DNA from: a candidate division WOR-3 bacterium
GTDB taxonomy: Bacteria; Hydrothermota; Tepidihabitantia; Tepidihabitantales; JAOUPE01
Direction: 5' to 3'
Length of the DNA: 34,700 nt
Assembly: GCA_039801565.1 (NCBI GenBank)
Contig: JBDRUX010000012.1
Location: 1-34,700 of the forward strand
The notes below the pieces were generated by a model that had not been told where the DNA came from, did not search any database, and worked only from the letters and a program-made list of their open reading frames with translations. Below, piece after piece: positions 16,791 through 27,445 of the stretch. The position numbers were made by a program, and so were the translations under genes. The stretch's first letter is position 1. Each line of letters begins with the position of its first letter.

Positions 16791-17879
16791 TCAAGCATTA
16801 AATTTCGCTTTTCGTCTTCTTTCTAATAGTGCGACAAATGCCTCAACTCGATTATAGAAACTGACCTCTTGGGTATGTTCGTCAAGGCTAATCGAGAGAA
16901 GCGGTATATTATATTCTTGACTAATCTTGGCTAAAACGGGTTGGACCACGGTTCCGGGCATACAGGCGAAAGGATGAAGGTGAATAACACCGTCAAATCC
17001 TTGCTTGGCAGCAAGGATAGTATGGCCAACGGAATTTTCATCTTCACCGCCGACACAATAACGCCAATAGGGTTGAGCCAATTTTCGTATCTCCTTTAAT
17101 TGATTTTTACCTAATCTTAAGGAATGAAACCCGAGCCAGCGATGAGCAGTAAGAAAAGGTTCAACTAAGATACCCATTGCACCAAGCCGAGCGATGAGAT
17201 TAAAGTTGACAAATGGTTCAATAACACAATAAGATTCGCCAACAATCTTAATTCGTAGCGGTTCGTGATTGGAATTGGTTGGAATGGTTCGAAAATCAGC
17301 AATTAGCCTTTTTCGTAATCGGGCAAGTGTAGCAAGCGAAAAGGTATTATCAATCATTTGGTAATAAGTAGTCAATAACTTATCCGCACTACCTTTTTTC
17401 TGCTCGTAGACTCGATACCACCGCGCCATTTTTTCCGCAGTTTCGATTAGATTGGATTTATACCAGCCTACCCAAAAAGCCTTGATTATCTTAATAAGTG
17501 TCTTACTGTGTGATTTATTATTCAGCTCACAAATTTTCTGATAAATGAAAGGCAATTCGTTTCTTCTTAATACAATCGGTGAGAATTGATAGCCTAAGGA
17601 TTGTAATATATCTTTGTGCAACCGGCTATAATAGCCAAAACGACAGGACCAAGAGCCACTGACATGGACTATAGTATCCGCACCTAAGGCGAGCGCCCTT
17701 AGGAGATTGCCTAAGGTTATCTTAAAAGGAATACACATCAATTCCGGCGCAAGGCGGGCACCAATCTCAACTACACTCCGATTCGGTGGCGGAGGAACGA
17801 TGACCTCAGAACCTAACGTATGGAGAATTCCTTTGAGTGGAATTGCGATGCTACCCATATAAGGAAATGTCACCTTCAT
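16791..17879 (-). CDS. 2-hydroxyacyl-CoA dehydratase / CoA-activase-associated protein
   Basis: TFPYMG, APELMCIPFK, CRFGYY, IVGE, HLHPFACMP, LDEHT..RVEAF. Confidence 0.85.
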   Translation of the reverse strand: MKVTFPYMGSIAIPLKGILHTLGSEVIVPPPPNRSVVEIGARLAPELMCIPFKITLGNLLRALALGADTIVHVSGSWSCRFGYYSRLHKDILQSLGYQFSPIVLRRNELPFIYQKICELNNKSHSKTLIKIIKAFWVGWYKSNLIETAEKMARWYRVYEQKKGSADKLLTTYYQMIDNTFSLATLARLRKRLIADFRTIPTNSNHEPLRIKIVGESYCVIEPFVNFNLIARLGAMGILVEPFLTAHRWLGFHSLRLGKNQLKEIRKLAQPYWRYCVGGEDENSVGHTILAAKQGFDGVIHLHPFACMPGTVVQPVLAKISQEYNIPLLSISLDEHTQEVSFYNRVEAFVALLERRRKAKFNA

Positions 17880-18946
17880 CGTAAAATTGGGGCGTAAGAT
17901 AACATTGATGCTGAATTGGTTTCGAACGGTTTCCTTTTCTTAAGCGTAATCAAGTCCACAAATGATTCTAAGCGGGTAACAAGACCGGTCTTGGAGGTAT
18001 GTTCATCTAATAATAGAGTCAACAATGGGACCGAAGCATTACAAGCAATTTCGTGAACAATGATTTCATTCACTACCGCTGAAGTACCACAAGCAAAGGA
18101 TGAAATCAAGAGTAGACCATCAACCGATTGATTTTGTAAAAAATGGATAGCACTACCCAATATCTCCTGTTCGTAAATCCAAGACAGTTCCTCAACCATA
18201 GTAATTGAATTTTGAATCGTGCTTGGTGAAAGCATGGTTGGGGTTAATACTGATATGCCCAGGGATTTTAGGTGGTCAATAACACCGAGAGAGAGTTCAG
18301 GATCAAATAAAAGATAAGGATGCCCAACGATACCGACTACTGGCAAAGAATGTGGAGTGAAATTAGACAAAACTGGTTCGAAGATAGTAGCGTTGTTTTT
18401 TGGATTATCAATTGGCAAATTCTCTAATTTGGTTTCAAAAATTTGGTCTGGCGTCAAACCTGCCAAAAGTAATTGGTTATTTAGCGATTGAGCTTTTAGA
18501 CCTTCTTCGTAGGCATAATTGGCGACCCGTTTATCTTTGCCCAAAATTCTGGCAATCGTGAAAAAGGAATCCATTAAAGGTTTGATTCTCTCGTCCCAAA
18601 TTAATTCCAAGATTGGCGGCAAATTTTTGAAAGTGGCTTTAATTAAATCCGGTAGCCCAATTGCCTTCGGACAGCCAAAACGAAGTCTTTTATCCCTTTT
18701 GATACAGACGATGCGGGGTAAGAAAAGATAATCTACTTTATCTTTAAGATAGTAAATGTGTCCTAAAAAAGCCTTGACCGGCAAACAAATTTCGGCGGGT
18801 GAATTTTCAATGCCCAATTTTAATATTGCTTTTGAGGTGGGGGGTGAAATTATAACCGAAGCGCCTAAATTCTCAAAAAAAGTCTTAAAAAGATGAAAAT
18901 GATAATAAGAATAAAGCGCCCGGGCAATGCCAATTTTCTTGGGCAT
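17876..18946 (-). CDS. DUF2229 acyl-CoA dehydratase activase-related protein
   Basis: KIGIARAL, EICLPVK, CPKAIGLPD, GHPY, SFACG, DEHTSKTGLVTRLESF. ATG 18946 lies 6 nt after TATAAT. Confidence 0.85.
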   Translation of the reverse strand: MPKKIGIARALYSYYHFHLFKTFFENLGASVIISPPTSKAILKLGIENSPAEICLPVKAFLGHIYYLKDKVDYLFLPRIVCIKRDKRLRFGCPKAIGLPDLIKATFKNLPPILELIWDERIKPLMDSFFTIARILGKDKRVANYAYEEGLKAQSLNNQLLLAGLTPDQIFETKLENLPIDNPKNNATIFEPVLSNFTPHSLPVVGIVGHPYLLFDPELSLGVIDHLKSLGISVLTPTMLSPSTIQNSITMVEELSWIYEQEILGSAIHFLQNQSVDGLLLISSFACGTSAVVNEIIVHEIACNASVPLLTLLLDEHTSKTGLVTRLESFVDLITLKKRKPFETNSASMLSYAPILR

Positions 18947-19124
18947 AGTTCGATTATAAATTGCCAAAGATTTTAAGTCAACAACCAAACCATGTTCAAG
19001 ATTTCTAAATAGTTCAAATCGTAAATGCTTGACTTTTTTTCAAAAGTTGCTATAATATATTATCCGAGGGATTAAGATAAAAGTCTCATTTAAGCTTTGG
19101 GGGAAAACTGCTAAAAGATTTATT

Positions 19125-20408
19125 TTGATACCTCATGGCTTGTTCTTTTTATCATTAAATTTCGCGTTATCGAATTTATTTGGTTATAATCTCTATTATG
19201 CCAATCTCCATTCTCATACCAGGTATTCCGATGGTCGGGGTACACCGGCTCATGCCTTTGCTTATGCCCGAGATACTGCTCGAATCCACATTTTAGCCAT
19301 AACCGACCATGGTGAGATGTTAGATTCCTTTGAATGGGCAGATACCAAAAGGCAAGCCGACTTGGCAACTATTCCTGGTGTCTTTCTTGGTTTGGTTGGT
19401 TTTGAATGGACGAGTTGGACATATGGCCATATTAACGTGTTTAATACGCCAGATTACACAAATCGGGATTCAACGCCAACTGTTGACTCTCTCTATCGCT
19501 GGATAGCAAACCAGCCCGGGGCAATTGGTCAGTTTAATCATCCTTGGCCAACTGCTTTCAATTCTTTTGCCCATAATGCTTGGGCGGATACATTGATGAT
19601 ACTTTATGAAATGCAGAATTCAGAGCAGGCGAATTGGTATTATATTGCCCTAGATAGCGGCTGGCGAATTGGAATTGCTGCCAACCAGGATAATCACTTT
19701 GCGGATTGGGGAATGGGAAAACAGCTTACTGGAATCTGGGCCGATTCGCTTGAGAAAAACTCAATTATTTCCGCAATAAAAGCGATGCGAACTTTTGGCA
19801 CGTTGGATAGAAATTTCCAACTTTGGTTCAAAGTGAACGACCACTGGATGGGTTCAACGATACCCGGTGGTGAAATCAATTTCGAGGTTTTTGCCTTTGA
19901 TCCGGACAGCCAAGATTTCATTCAAAGGATTGATATAATAACTAATGGCAATACAATTGTTGATTCGCTGATTTTAGGCAATACCAATTATGCCACTTGG
20001 CAGACCAAACTGTCACATAATTCTAATCGGAAAGGGAGCTATTACTTTACCCGAGTGATTGAGAATGACAGTGAGTATGTTATCTCTTCTCCAATCTGGA
20101 TTGAGAGTTCAGCGACGGCTGATAATGGGAATAAAACAGATAAAACAAATTCATTTGCCATTTACCCCAATCCGTTTACCGCTCAGACCAATCTGCTTTT
20201 TTTAGATTCTTTCTTCAAAGGGTTAAAAACAATCGAAATTTATTCTGCTAATGGTAAAAAGATCAAAAGCCTCACTAAACAGATTTTCATTGTTTGGGAT
20301 GGCAAAGATGACTTCGGATCCGATGTTTCGCCTGGCGTTTATTTTTTATTATTGGAAGGGAAAAATCAAAAGGTCGGCCAGAAAATAATTAGGTTAGCGC
20401 CGAAATAA
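19125..20408 (+). CDS. Secreted PHP-domain (CehA/McbA-like) metallohydrolase with FlgD-Ig/T9SS-like tail
   Basis: NLHSHTRYSDG, AITDH, GHIN, FNHP, NQDNH; tail IYPNPF...WDGKDDFG...PGVYF. Confidence 0.9.
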   Translation: MIPHGLFFLSLNFALSNLFGYNLYYANLHSHTRYSDGRGTPAHAFAYARDTARIHILAITDHGEMLDSFEWADTKRQADLATIPGVFLGLVGFEWTSWTYGHINVFNTPDYTNRDSTPTVDSLYRWIANQPGAIGQFNHPWPTAFNSFAHNAWADTLMILYEMQNSEQANWYYIALDSGWRIGIAANQDNHFADWGMGKQLTGIWADSLEKNSIISAIKAMRTFGTLDRNFQLWFKVNDHWMGSTIPGGEINFEVFAFDPDSQDFIQRIDIITNGNTIVDSLILGNTNYATWQTKLSHNSNRKGSYYFTRVIENDSEYVISSPIWIESSATADNGNKTDKTNSFAIYPNPFTAQTNLLFLDSFFKGLKTIEIYSANGKKIKSLTKQIFIVWDGKDDFGSDVSPGVYFLLLEGKNQKVGQKIIRLAPK

Positions 20409-20463
20409 CCCTCGATTTTCCAATTGCAATTGACTGAATTAAGATTTTTAATAGAATTTAGTG

Positions 20464-21120
20464 ATGAGTTCGAACCAAAGAACCGTAGTCCTTTTGTTAA
20501 TTTTACTATCAATTTTGTTGGCTCAAAATATTATCTGTGATGCGGATTCTGACTGTTTCTACATTCCCCAGAAAATAAAAAAATTGAATAAATTGGCACC
20601 AGCCTTAATCTATTTAGATTGCGGTGGAGCGACCAAAAAGAATTTAGATTCGCTAAGGATTATTGGCGATAGTCTGCAATGGATTTTAGCCACCTGCCAT
20701 AGAAGTCGAAACCATCGTAACTGGATACTTAATGATCAAGACATTGTTAAGACTCATCAAAAATTGGTGAAAAACTATCAGGTTGATACTTCCCGAATTT
20801 TTATTTACGGTTTTTCAGGAATGGGAGTTCAAGCATTATTAGAATTATTCCTTCATCCGGAGTTATTTCGGGGTGCGATAGCAGTTTGTGCTCATTCTGG
20901 TGCGATTGGTTTAACCCGATTGGAAAATCTTAAAGAAAACTTAATCTATCTAATTTCTCGGGAAAAGGATTGGAACCTTTCTGAAAATCTCAAGATGCAT
21001 CGGGAATTCCAGAATTATCGGATTCAGGATACATTGGTTATCACCCCCGGCGAGCACAGTATCGGCGACAAATTCGAACTACTCAATGCCTGTATCTGGC
21101 TTGATAAGAATTCAAGATAA
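20464..21120 (+). CDS. Secreted alpha/beta-hydrolase (esterase-like)
   Basis: Signal peptide; VDTSRIFIYGFSGMG nucleophile elbow; D...GEH catalytic triad candidates. Confidence 0.8.
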   Translation: MSSNQRTVVLLLILLSILLAQNIICDADSDCFYIPQKIKKLNKLAPALIYLDCGGATKKNLDSLRIIGDSLQWILATCHRSRNHRNWILNDQDIVKTHQKLVKNYQVDTSRIFIYGFSGMGVQALLELFLHPELFRGAIAVCAHSGAIGLTRLENLKENLIYLISREKDWNLSENLKMHREFQNYRIQDTLVITPGEHSIGDKFELLNACIWLDKNSR

Positions 21121-21414
21121 GGCGATGTCCGGTGAATAGTTTATGTGCCAAATATATCTTTTGCCACTAACCTGTTCAGAATGTCTCACTTGTTAACTTC
21201 TTAAATATTAAATAGTTAGATTTAAAAAAAAAAATTTAACTAATGTTAAGTCGCACTATTGACAAATTTAAATCAGTTTAGTTTCGTCTAAGGTATTGTA
21301 AACAAAAAAGTAACAGAGTCAGTAAAAATGAAAAGAGGCACAGATTTTGCTTGAAATAATGTGACTCCCTGCAAAGACTCGGGGTGTATGGACAATCGAA
21401 GGGGGGTGAAGAAA

Positions 21415-21957
21415 ATGGCGAAGGTAAGAGCCAATAAACTCACTATCGTAGTTTTAACCGGGCTTCTACTTTTCGGATTTAATCTGACCACAGCGGGAAA
21501 AGCGACTTTCAGCCCACAGCGAATTGTGTTGAATCAAGATAATTTCACCTTTGAAATCATCGCTGGACGGTACATACCGGTCGGCGAATTGAATATCTGG
21601 GCAGACCAAGGTTATTGCTATGTCCGATATCGGACTTTTGATAACTGGTATCTGAGCGAAACCCATCTTCATCTGGCAATGGATTGGCGACAGATTCCCC
21701 AAAACCGTAATGGCAATCCAATACCAGGACATTTTGCCTATCAGATGGAACATAATTATGTGACCGAATACACTTATCAAATTCCGCTTCAGGATGGAAA
21801 AGGATTACCTCGCTATGGGGCCGCCCACTGTATTGTAGTAAAGATTGAAAATGGTAAACCCGTGCAGGAAGAGACCGGCTGGGCAAGGAATAAAGTTCCG
21901 CCCTATTTGAAATTTCCTGGTCATAATTGGGCCTACTACTTCGAAATGAGAAACTGA
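21415..21957 (+). CDS. Secreted hypothetical beta-rich protein
   Basis: GGGGGGTG RBS; signal peptide; WYLSETHLHL, NGNPIPGHF, AAHC, EETGWA motifs. Confidence 0.8.
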   Translation: MAKVRANKLTIVVLTGLLLFGFNLTTAGKATFSPQRIVLNQDNFTFEIIAGRYIPVGELNIWADQGYCYVRYRTFDNWYLSETHLHLAMDWRQIPQNRNGNPIPGHFAYQMEHNYVTEYTYQIPLQDGKGLPRYGAAHCIVVKIENGKPVQEETGWARNKVPPYLKFPGHNWAYYFEMRN

Positions 21958-21989
21958 TGCCAACCGCGATAATGAGGAACCGGTTAGAA

Positions 21990-22036
21990 AAAAGGTAGTA
22001 GTAGCAACAATAACTAATCAAACTACTACTACCTTT
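21990..22036. terminator. Terminator-like inverted repeat
   Basis: AAAAGGTAGTAGTAG ... CTACTACTACCTTTT after the stop at 21957. Confidence 0.55.
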
Positions 22037-22136
22037 TATTTTAAGGAAACTAATTAGGCACTTCCAGCCCCAAAGGATAAAAAGTATTGACAAATTTTTA
22101 ATTTATGGTTAAATATAATATGAGTAGGAGGGAAAA

Positions 22137-23693
22137 ATGTTGAGAATTTTGTTAATCTTTAGTCTAATCTTTGTAATTGGACTTAGTAGCGACATTGGAG
22201 TGACTAAGATTCTTGCACCGACTGGTATTATTCCGCCTGATAATTATACCCCGCGCGCCCAACTTAAGAACTACGGTGATAACGAAGAGAGTTGTTGGGT
22301 CTATTTTCGAATTACCACCTTAAACGGTAATCCAATCTATTTCGATTCGAATTTCATCCATCTAACCGGTAATGCCACAGAAAATGTCTCTTTCCGCACT
22401 TGGACTGCTATAACTGGTGTTTATATTGACAAGTGTTCACTCTATTTAAGCTCCGATACCAACCCAATGAACGATACCTTCACGGCTCGAGTTAGGGTAG
22501 AAAATTTAATACCTGGTGAATGGTATTTAAGAGATAGTGTGCCTTATGGCGAAAGTGGGAAAAAAGTAAAAGATGGCGCTGGTCTTACTGATGGCTCAAA
22601 AAGAGGCGAAAAACTGATTTATGTCCTAAAGGGTAATAACACAAATGAAATTTATCTATACGATGTCATCCTTGGGACTTGGCAAACAAAGAGATCGGTA
22701 CCTTATTCGCAAGAAAATCCGGATAAGCGACCGAAAAAAGGTAGTTGTCTTTTTCGCTCCGGCAATTATGTCTATCTGGCAAAGGGCAATAATACCTTGG
22801 AGTTTTGGGGCTACTATATCCCAGACGATACTTGGACAAGACTTAAAGATATACCTTTAGGATTAAGTGGCAAGGCATTAAAAGGTGGTAGTTCTTTAAC
22901 CGAAGGCAAAATTGGAAATCAGAAGTACCTCTTTTTAACCAAAGGAAGTGGAACACGTGAATTCTATGCTTACAATCCTAACTCGGATACCTGGATTGAA
23001 AAAGCATCGACCCCCTACTTTGACAAAGAGTCCAAAGGTAAGATAAAGAAAGGGAGTTGTTTGGTTTCGGATGGCGAGAATGTTTACTTACTTCGGGATA
23101 AGACCAACTGGCTTTTCTTTTATGACTGTGATTCGAATAAATGGTATCCGCGAGAATCACTACCTTTCTATGGTAGGGCACAGAAGAAAGCAAAGGTAAA
23201 AGATGGCGCCAGTATGGCTTATCAAAAAGGAAATCCAGATATTATCTATGCCTTTAAAGGCGGCGGTAATGAGTTTTGGTGTTATTCGGTTGATGACGAC
23301 AGTTGGGTGGAACTAACTTCTTTGCCATTATTGCCCAGCAATAAGAAAGTGAAAGGTGGCGGTTCATTATTATCAATTGCTGGTGGGATTTTTGCCCTAA
23401 AAGGTGGTAATACCAATGAACTGTGGATGTATGTTCCAACCGATACTATCTTCACGCTTGCGACAAATTTGAACTATTTAAACATCTTGAACCAGGATTT
23501 GAAAGATATTAAAACAATGGAATTTAACCAGTTACCAATCAATGATGAGTTGACTATCTTTAATGCCCTCGGTAGAAAAGTGAAAGTATCCGCTACTAAA
23601 GAAGATATTAAACGATTAAAGTCTGGAATTTATTTTATCACGCATCCGAGAGCTAAACCGTATAACTTTCGAAAGATTGTAATTATCCATTGA
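22137..23693 (+). CDS. Secreted CARDB plus Kelch-like beta-propeller protein with short C-terminal sorting domain
   Basis: TTGACA/TATAAT promoter and AGGAGG RBS; six repeats of K.G..L......Y..KG.NT.EF..Y.....W; tail IFNALGRKV...SGIYF. Confidence 0.9.
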   Translation: MLRILLIFSLIFVIGLSSDIGVTKILAPTGIIPPDNYTPRAQLKNYGDNEESCWVYFRITTLNGNPIYFDSNFIHLTGNATENVSFRTWTAITGVYIDKCSLYLSSDTNPMNDTFTARVRVENLIPGEWYLRDSVPYGESGKKVKDGAGLTDGSKRGEKLIYVLKGNNTNEIYLYDVILGTWQTKRSVPYSQENPDKRPKKGSCLFRSGNYVYLAKGNNTLEFWGYYIPDDTWTRLKDIPLGLSGKALKGGSSLTEGKIGNQKYLFLTKGSGTREFYAYNPNSDTWIEKASTPYFDKESKGKIKKGSCLVSDGENVYLLRDKTNWLFFYDCDSNKWYPRESLPFYGRAQKKAKVKDGASMAYQKGNPDIIYAFKGGGNEFWCYSVDDDSWVELTSLPLLPSNKKVKGGGSLLSIAGGIFALKGGNTNELWMYVPTDTIFTLATNLNYLNILNQDLKDIKTMEFNQLPINDELTIFNALGRKVKVSATKEDIKRLKSGIYFITHPRAKPYNFRKIVIIH

Positions 23694-23743
23694 TGGGTGA
23701 TTAGAGTAAAATGTTTAAGAGGTTCAAAAGGTCCAAGATGTTA

Positions 23744-24619
23744 CTAATATTTATTGGCTTTTTCTAAGTATTTCAGTGCCGATAACCGAGCAAGTCTTCT
23801 GACTCGGGCGATGTAATTTGTTCGTTCCGAAACACTGATAGCGCCTCTTGCCTCTAAAAGATTGAAAATATGGGAACACTTTATTACACAATCATAACCG
23901 GGATAGACTAAACTCTTTTCCAATAATCTTATTGCTTCGGCTTCATATTTATCAAATTGGTCCTTATAAAATTCAACCGAAGCCTCTTCAAAATTAAAGA
24001 TAGAAAATTCTTTTTCATTCTGGCGATAAATATCACCCCAAGTGTATTTATCATTCCACTTGACCTCAAAGATTGAGTCAACCTTCTGAATAAACATTGC
24101 AATTCTTTCTAAACCATAGGTCAATTCGACTGGAATTAGGGGTAAATCAATACCGCCGCATTGTTGAAAGTAGGTAAATTGAGTGATTTCAACGCCATTA
24201 AGTTCAACCTGCCAACCCAGTCCCCAAGCACCCAATGTCGGTGATTCCCAATCGTCTTCAATGAATTTTATATCATTAGCTTTAAGGTCAATACCAATTG
24301 CTTCTAAACTGTTTAGGTAAATATCTTGCACATTTTCGGGTGCTGGTTTTAGAATTACTTGAAACTGCCAGAACTGCTGGACACGCAAAGGGTTCTGGGC
24401 ATATCGGCCATCGCGTGGTCTTTTCGACGGTTCGATATAAGCAACTCGCCAAGGCTTGTCGTCAAGGACCCGCAAAAAGGTGGCGGGATTAAAGGTACCA
24501 GCACCGACCTCAGAATTATAAGGAGTAAAAATTAAACAACCCCGCTTCGCCCAATAATCTTCTAATTGAAAAACAATGTCTTGAAGGTAAAAAGTTTTTT
24601 TATTTTTGAACTTAGCCAT
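23744..24619 (-). CDS. glyQ: Glycyl-tRNA synthetase alpha subunit
   Basis: [55 protein letters not shown]. Confidence 0.98.
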   Translation of the reverse strand: MAKFKNKKTFYLQDIVFQLEDYWAKRGCLIFTPYNSEVGAGTFNPATFLRVLDDKPWRVAYIEPSKRPRDGRYAQNPLRVQQFWQFQVILKPAPENVQDIYLNSLEAIGIDLKANDIKFIEDDWESPTLGAWGLGWQVELNGVEITQFTYFQQCGGIDLPLIPVELTYGLERIAMFIQKVDSIFEVKWNDKYTWGDIYRQNEKEFSIFNFEEASVEFYKDQFDKYEAEAIRLLEKSLVYPGYDCVIKCSHIFNLLEARGAISVSERTNYIARVRRLARLSALKYLEKANKY

Positions 24620-24632
24620 TGTGCGAACTGAA

Positions 24633-25178
24633 TTATAATTCAAGTTTGTCGGCAACACTTTGCATCGCTTCTAAACAGAGTTTAATAAATTCTTCTAAAG
24701 TCAAACCGAGTTGAGTGCAAGTTGCAATTTGTTCACGATTAGCACCAGCGGCAAATCGTTTTTCTTTATAACGACGCATTATAAATTCGGTATCAACATT
24801 TGCCAGTTTCTTAGTCGGATGCATTAAGGTTGCAGCGACAATTAATCCAGTTACCGGGTCAACGGCGTAGAGGGCTTTGTCTAAACGACTTTGTAATGGT
24901 ACATGACCCGGATGGGCTTTGACTGCGTAAATTATATTCTCGTCAACACCTTTGGTTTTAAGAATCTCGGCAGCGATTATGCCGTGCTGAGCTGGATTTT
25001 GAGCGGTTTGGTCGTAATCCAAATCGTGAATCAAACCAGTCAGTCCCCATAATTCTTCATCTTCACCAAAATGTTGGGCAAGCCGGCGCATACAAGCTTG
25101 GGTCGCAATCATATGCTTGCGCAAATTCTTATTGGTTACCATTGATTCCATTAATTCTAAGGCTTCCTTTTCGTTCAT
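24633..25178 (-). CDS. HDIG-domain metal-dependent phosphohydrolase
   Basis: [35 protein letters not shown]. Confidence 0.92.
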   Translation of the reverse strand: MNEKEALELMESMVTNKNLRKHMIATQACMRRLAQHFGEDEELWGLTGLIHDLDYDQTAQNPAQHGIIAAEILKTKGVDENIIYAVKAHPGHVPLQSRLDKALYAVDPVTGLIVAATLMHPTKKLANVDTEFIMRRYKEKRFAAGANREQIATCTQLGLTLEEFIKLCLEAMQSVADKLEL

Positions 25179-25351
25179 TGGTTCTCCTCTTCAATTGCTT
25201 GTTGGAAATTTTGTTTAGCCTTGGGTCGATAATATCTCTTTTCGTCTCTATGAACCAGCGTTGGTCTTAAAAATCCTTTTGGCCGTTTTTTTAGAGCGCG
25301 CATTTTTTCAATCTTTGGCACCCGAAAGCCAAGGTTTGGTTTTTTCGCCAT
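25175..25351 (-). CDS. Small basic protein (58 aa), not in the ORF track
   Basis: [64 protein letters not shown]-17-TATACT ends 5 nt before the ATG; ATGA overlap with the HD gene. Confidence 0.75.
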   Translation of the reverse strand: MAKKPNLGFRVPKIEKMRALKKRPKGFLRPTLVHRDEKRYYRPKAKQNFQQAIEEENQ

Positions 25352-25402
25352 AATGTAGTATAAAACGATTTTTGCTGTTTGTCAATGAATCAAGAAAAGA
25401 AG

Positions 25403-25765
25403 GTGGCGGGTCTATAAGCCGAGTTCTGTCCCCGATTTGGGGGATGGTCATTAATCTGCCCAGAAGATACTTCTGGGTCAAGCGACCTACCCAGGAGTCA
25501 TAACGGACCGGGTCAGTCCTGCTCCTTTATCTGGTCTTGCTTCAGACGGGGTTTGCCCATCCATCTCGTCACCGAGAAGGATAGTGCGCTCTTACCGCAC
25601 TATTTCACCCTTACCCGTAATGGGCGGTGTCGTTTCTGTGGCACTTTCCGTCTCTTCAGCGTCGCCGCTGAAAAGCCTTCCGATTAGGAAGCGTCCTACC
25701 CTGCGAAGCTCGGACTTTCCTCCCAATCCGTATTATCCGGATTGAGCGACCATCCGACCCGCCAC
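25403..25765 (-). ncRNA. rnpB: RNase P RNA (bacterial type A)
   Basis: Minus strand has GAGGAAAGTCCGAGCT, AGTGCCACAGAAA, GGGTGAAATAG.GCGGTAAGAGCGCAC, GGCAAACCCCGTCTGAAGCAA, ACAGAACTCGGCTTATAG. Termini GTGGCGGGTC/GACCCGCCAC pair as P1. TTGACA-17-TAAAAT promoter at 25773-25801. Confidence 0.97.
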
Positions 25766-25992
25766 ATTTTTTATTTTAACTTTAAGTCAAAAATTTGTCA
25801 ATAGCGAAATACCAAAATCGTTAATGGAGTTGGCTTCAGTTCACTCAACTTATACTTCCTATTTCGTGGTAAACGATTACAAGTCATTAAATATCGTTTT
25901 TTGAAACGATTTAAACCTTTTGAACTTTTTCCAGACCAAGAAGCGCAAACGATAAATAACTACTCAGAACCAAGATCGTGGAGTAATTTTTT

Positions 25993-27444
25993 TCACAAAT
26001 ATAATTTTTTTAATAAACTCTTTAAACCGGCGACGAGTTCTTTTGGTCTTAAGAATCTTTTTATATTAACAAAAATAAACGGAAGACTTAAATAGAATCG
26101 GAAATTTGCCCATCTCACAATCCGCTCAATATCCGATTTCCTCAAATGGGGATATTGGATGATTGATTCTTTTTGGACGTCCACCGGAACATAATCTCCG
26201 AAGACAAACCAATTGTTCTTTTTCGCCAGGGAATAAAATTCAGTTCCCGGAAAGGGATTGGCAATATTAAACATTATAACCGCTGGCCGCATTTTGATTG
26301 CCGAATTGATTGTCTTTTTTAAGGTTGTCTTTGTCTCAAAAGGCGAAGCGGCAATTAAGATATTTAATTTTGGCTCAATCTTGTATTTCTTTAAGTTAGC
26401 CACCGCTTGGGCGAAGTTTTCGACCTTTAAATCCTTATTCACATCATCCAAAATTGTTTGGTCAAATGACTCAATACCGATGTCAACATACTGGCAACCT
26501 GCTTTGCTCATTGCCGATATCAGTTCTTCATCTAAAAGTTGGTCGGCACGGGCTAAACAGCCCCAGCGAATTCCAAAATCTTTAATTCCTTCGCAAATTG
26601 TTTTGACCCGCTCTTTTTTCAGCAAGAACTCATCATCAATTATACTGACCGCTTTATAACCTTCGGCTTTTAACAATTTGAATTCCGCGATGACATTTTG
26701 AGCAGAACGAAAAGTCACTTTTGGAATTGGTCGAGTTGGTGAATGTCTTTGGTATTCCAATTTCCGAGCAAAAGTTAAAGAAGAAGGAACACAAAATTTA
26801 CAACGATAAGGACAGCCCCGAGCGGTCATCACGGCTGTGAATGGCCTTAATCCTAACTTCGGATTGTAATATAAATCCCGGTTGATTAAATCACGAGCCG
26901 GAAACGGCAGTGCATCCAGATTCTCAATGAGTTCTCTCGGTGGTGTATGAAAAGGAGAAAAGTTGTCAAGAAAAGAAATACCTTTTAGCGTTTTCAAGGT
27001 CAGTTGGAGAGAACCGTTCAAATAATTGACCAGTTCTCTTAAGGTAAAATCGGGTTCACCGCGCACCACATAAGTGGCATTATCAATTAAAAATTCTTCG
27101 GGCGAATAAGTTGGTGCTGGACCGCAAAAGATAATCGAAACATCTTTTCTAATCGCACGGATTTGTCGGGCGGTAAAAATATCTAAATCTTTCGCCAGAT
27201 TAACTGTGTAAAAGATATAGCAATCACTTTTATCGTTTCTTAAAAAATCTTGAAAGTCCTTTGGACTTACCTGCATAATTGGCGCATCGAAGACCAAGAC
27301 TTGATTGCCATCATTACGTAAGATACTGGCAAAGGTCAAAATAAAAATATTAGGAATCGGATACAATCCATAAGTGCAACCAAAGACCCGTTCCGGTACT
27401 TTCTTTTTATTGATTGGTGGTGGAATTAAAAATGTTATTTTCAC
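25993..27444 (-). CDS. B12-binding domain radical SAM protein
   Basis: TARGCPYRCKFC (CxxxCxxC), VVRGEPD, LDALPFPAR, IGIES, PFPGTEFY. Confidence 0.92.
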   Translation of the reverse strand: MKITFLIPPPINKKKVPERVFGCTYGLYPIPNIFILTFASILRNDGNQVLVFDAPIMQVSPKDFQDFLRNDKSDCYIFYTVNLAKDLDIFTARQIRAIRKDVSIIFCGPAPTYSPEEFLIDNATYVVRGEPDFTLRELVNYLNGSLQLTLKTLKGISFLDNFSPFHTPPRELIENLDALPFPARDLINRDLYYNPKLGLRPFTAVMTARGCPYRCKFCVPSSLTFARKLEYQRHSPTRPIPKVTFRSAQNVIAEFKLLKAEGYKAVSIIDDEFLLKKERVKTICEGIKDFGIRWGCLARADQLLDEELISAMSKAGCQYVDIGIESFDQTILDDVNKDLKVENFAQAVANLKKYKIEPKLNILIAASPFETKTTLKKTINSAIKMRPAVIMFNIANPFPGTEFYSLAKKNNWFVFGDYVPVDVQKESIIQYPHLRKSDIERIVRWANFRFYLSLPFIFVNIKRFLRPKELVAGLKSLLKKLYL

Positions 27445-27445
27445 T

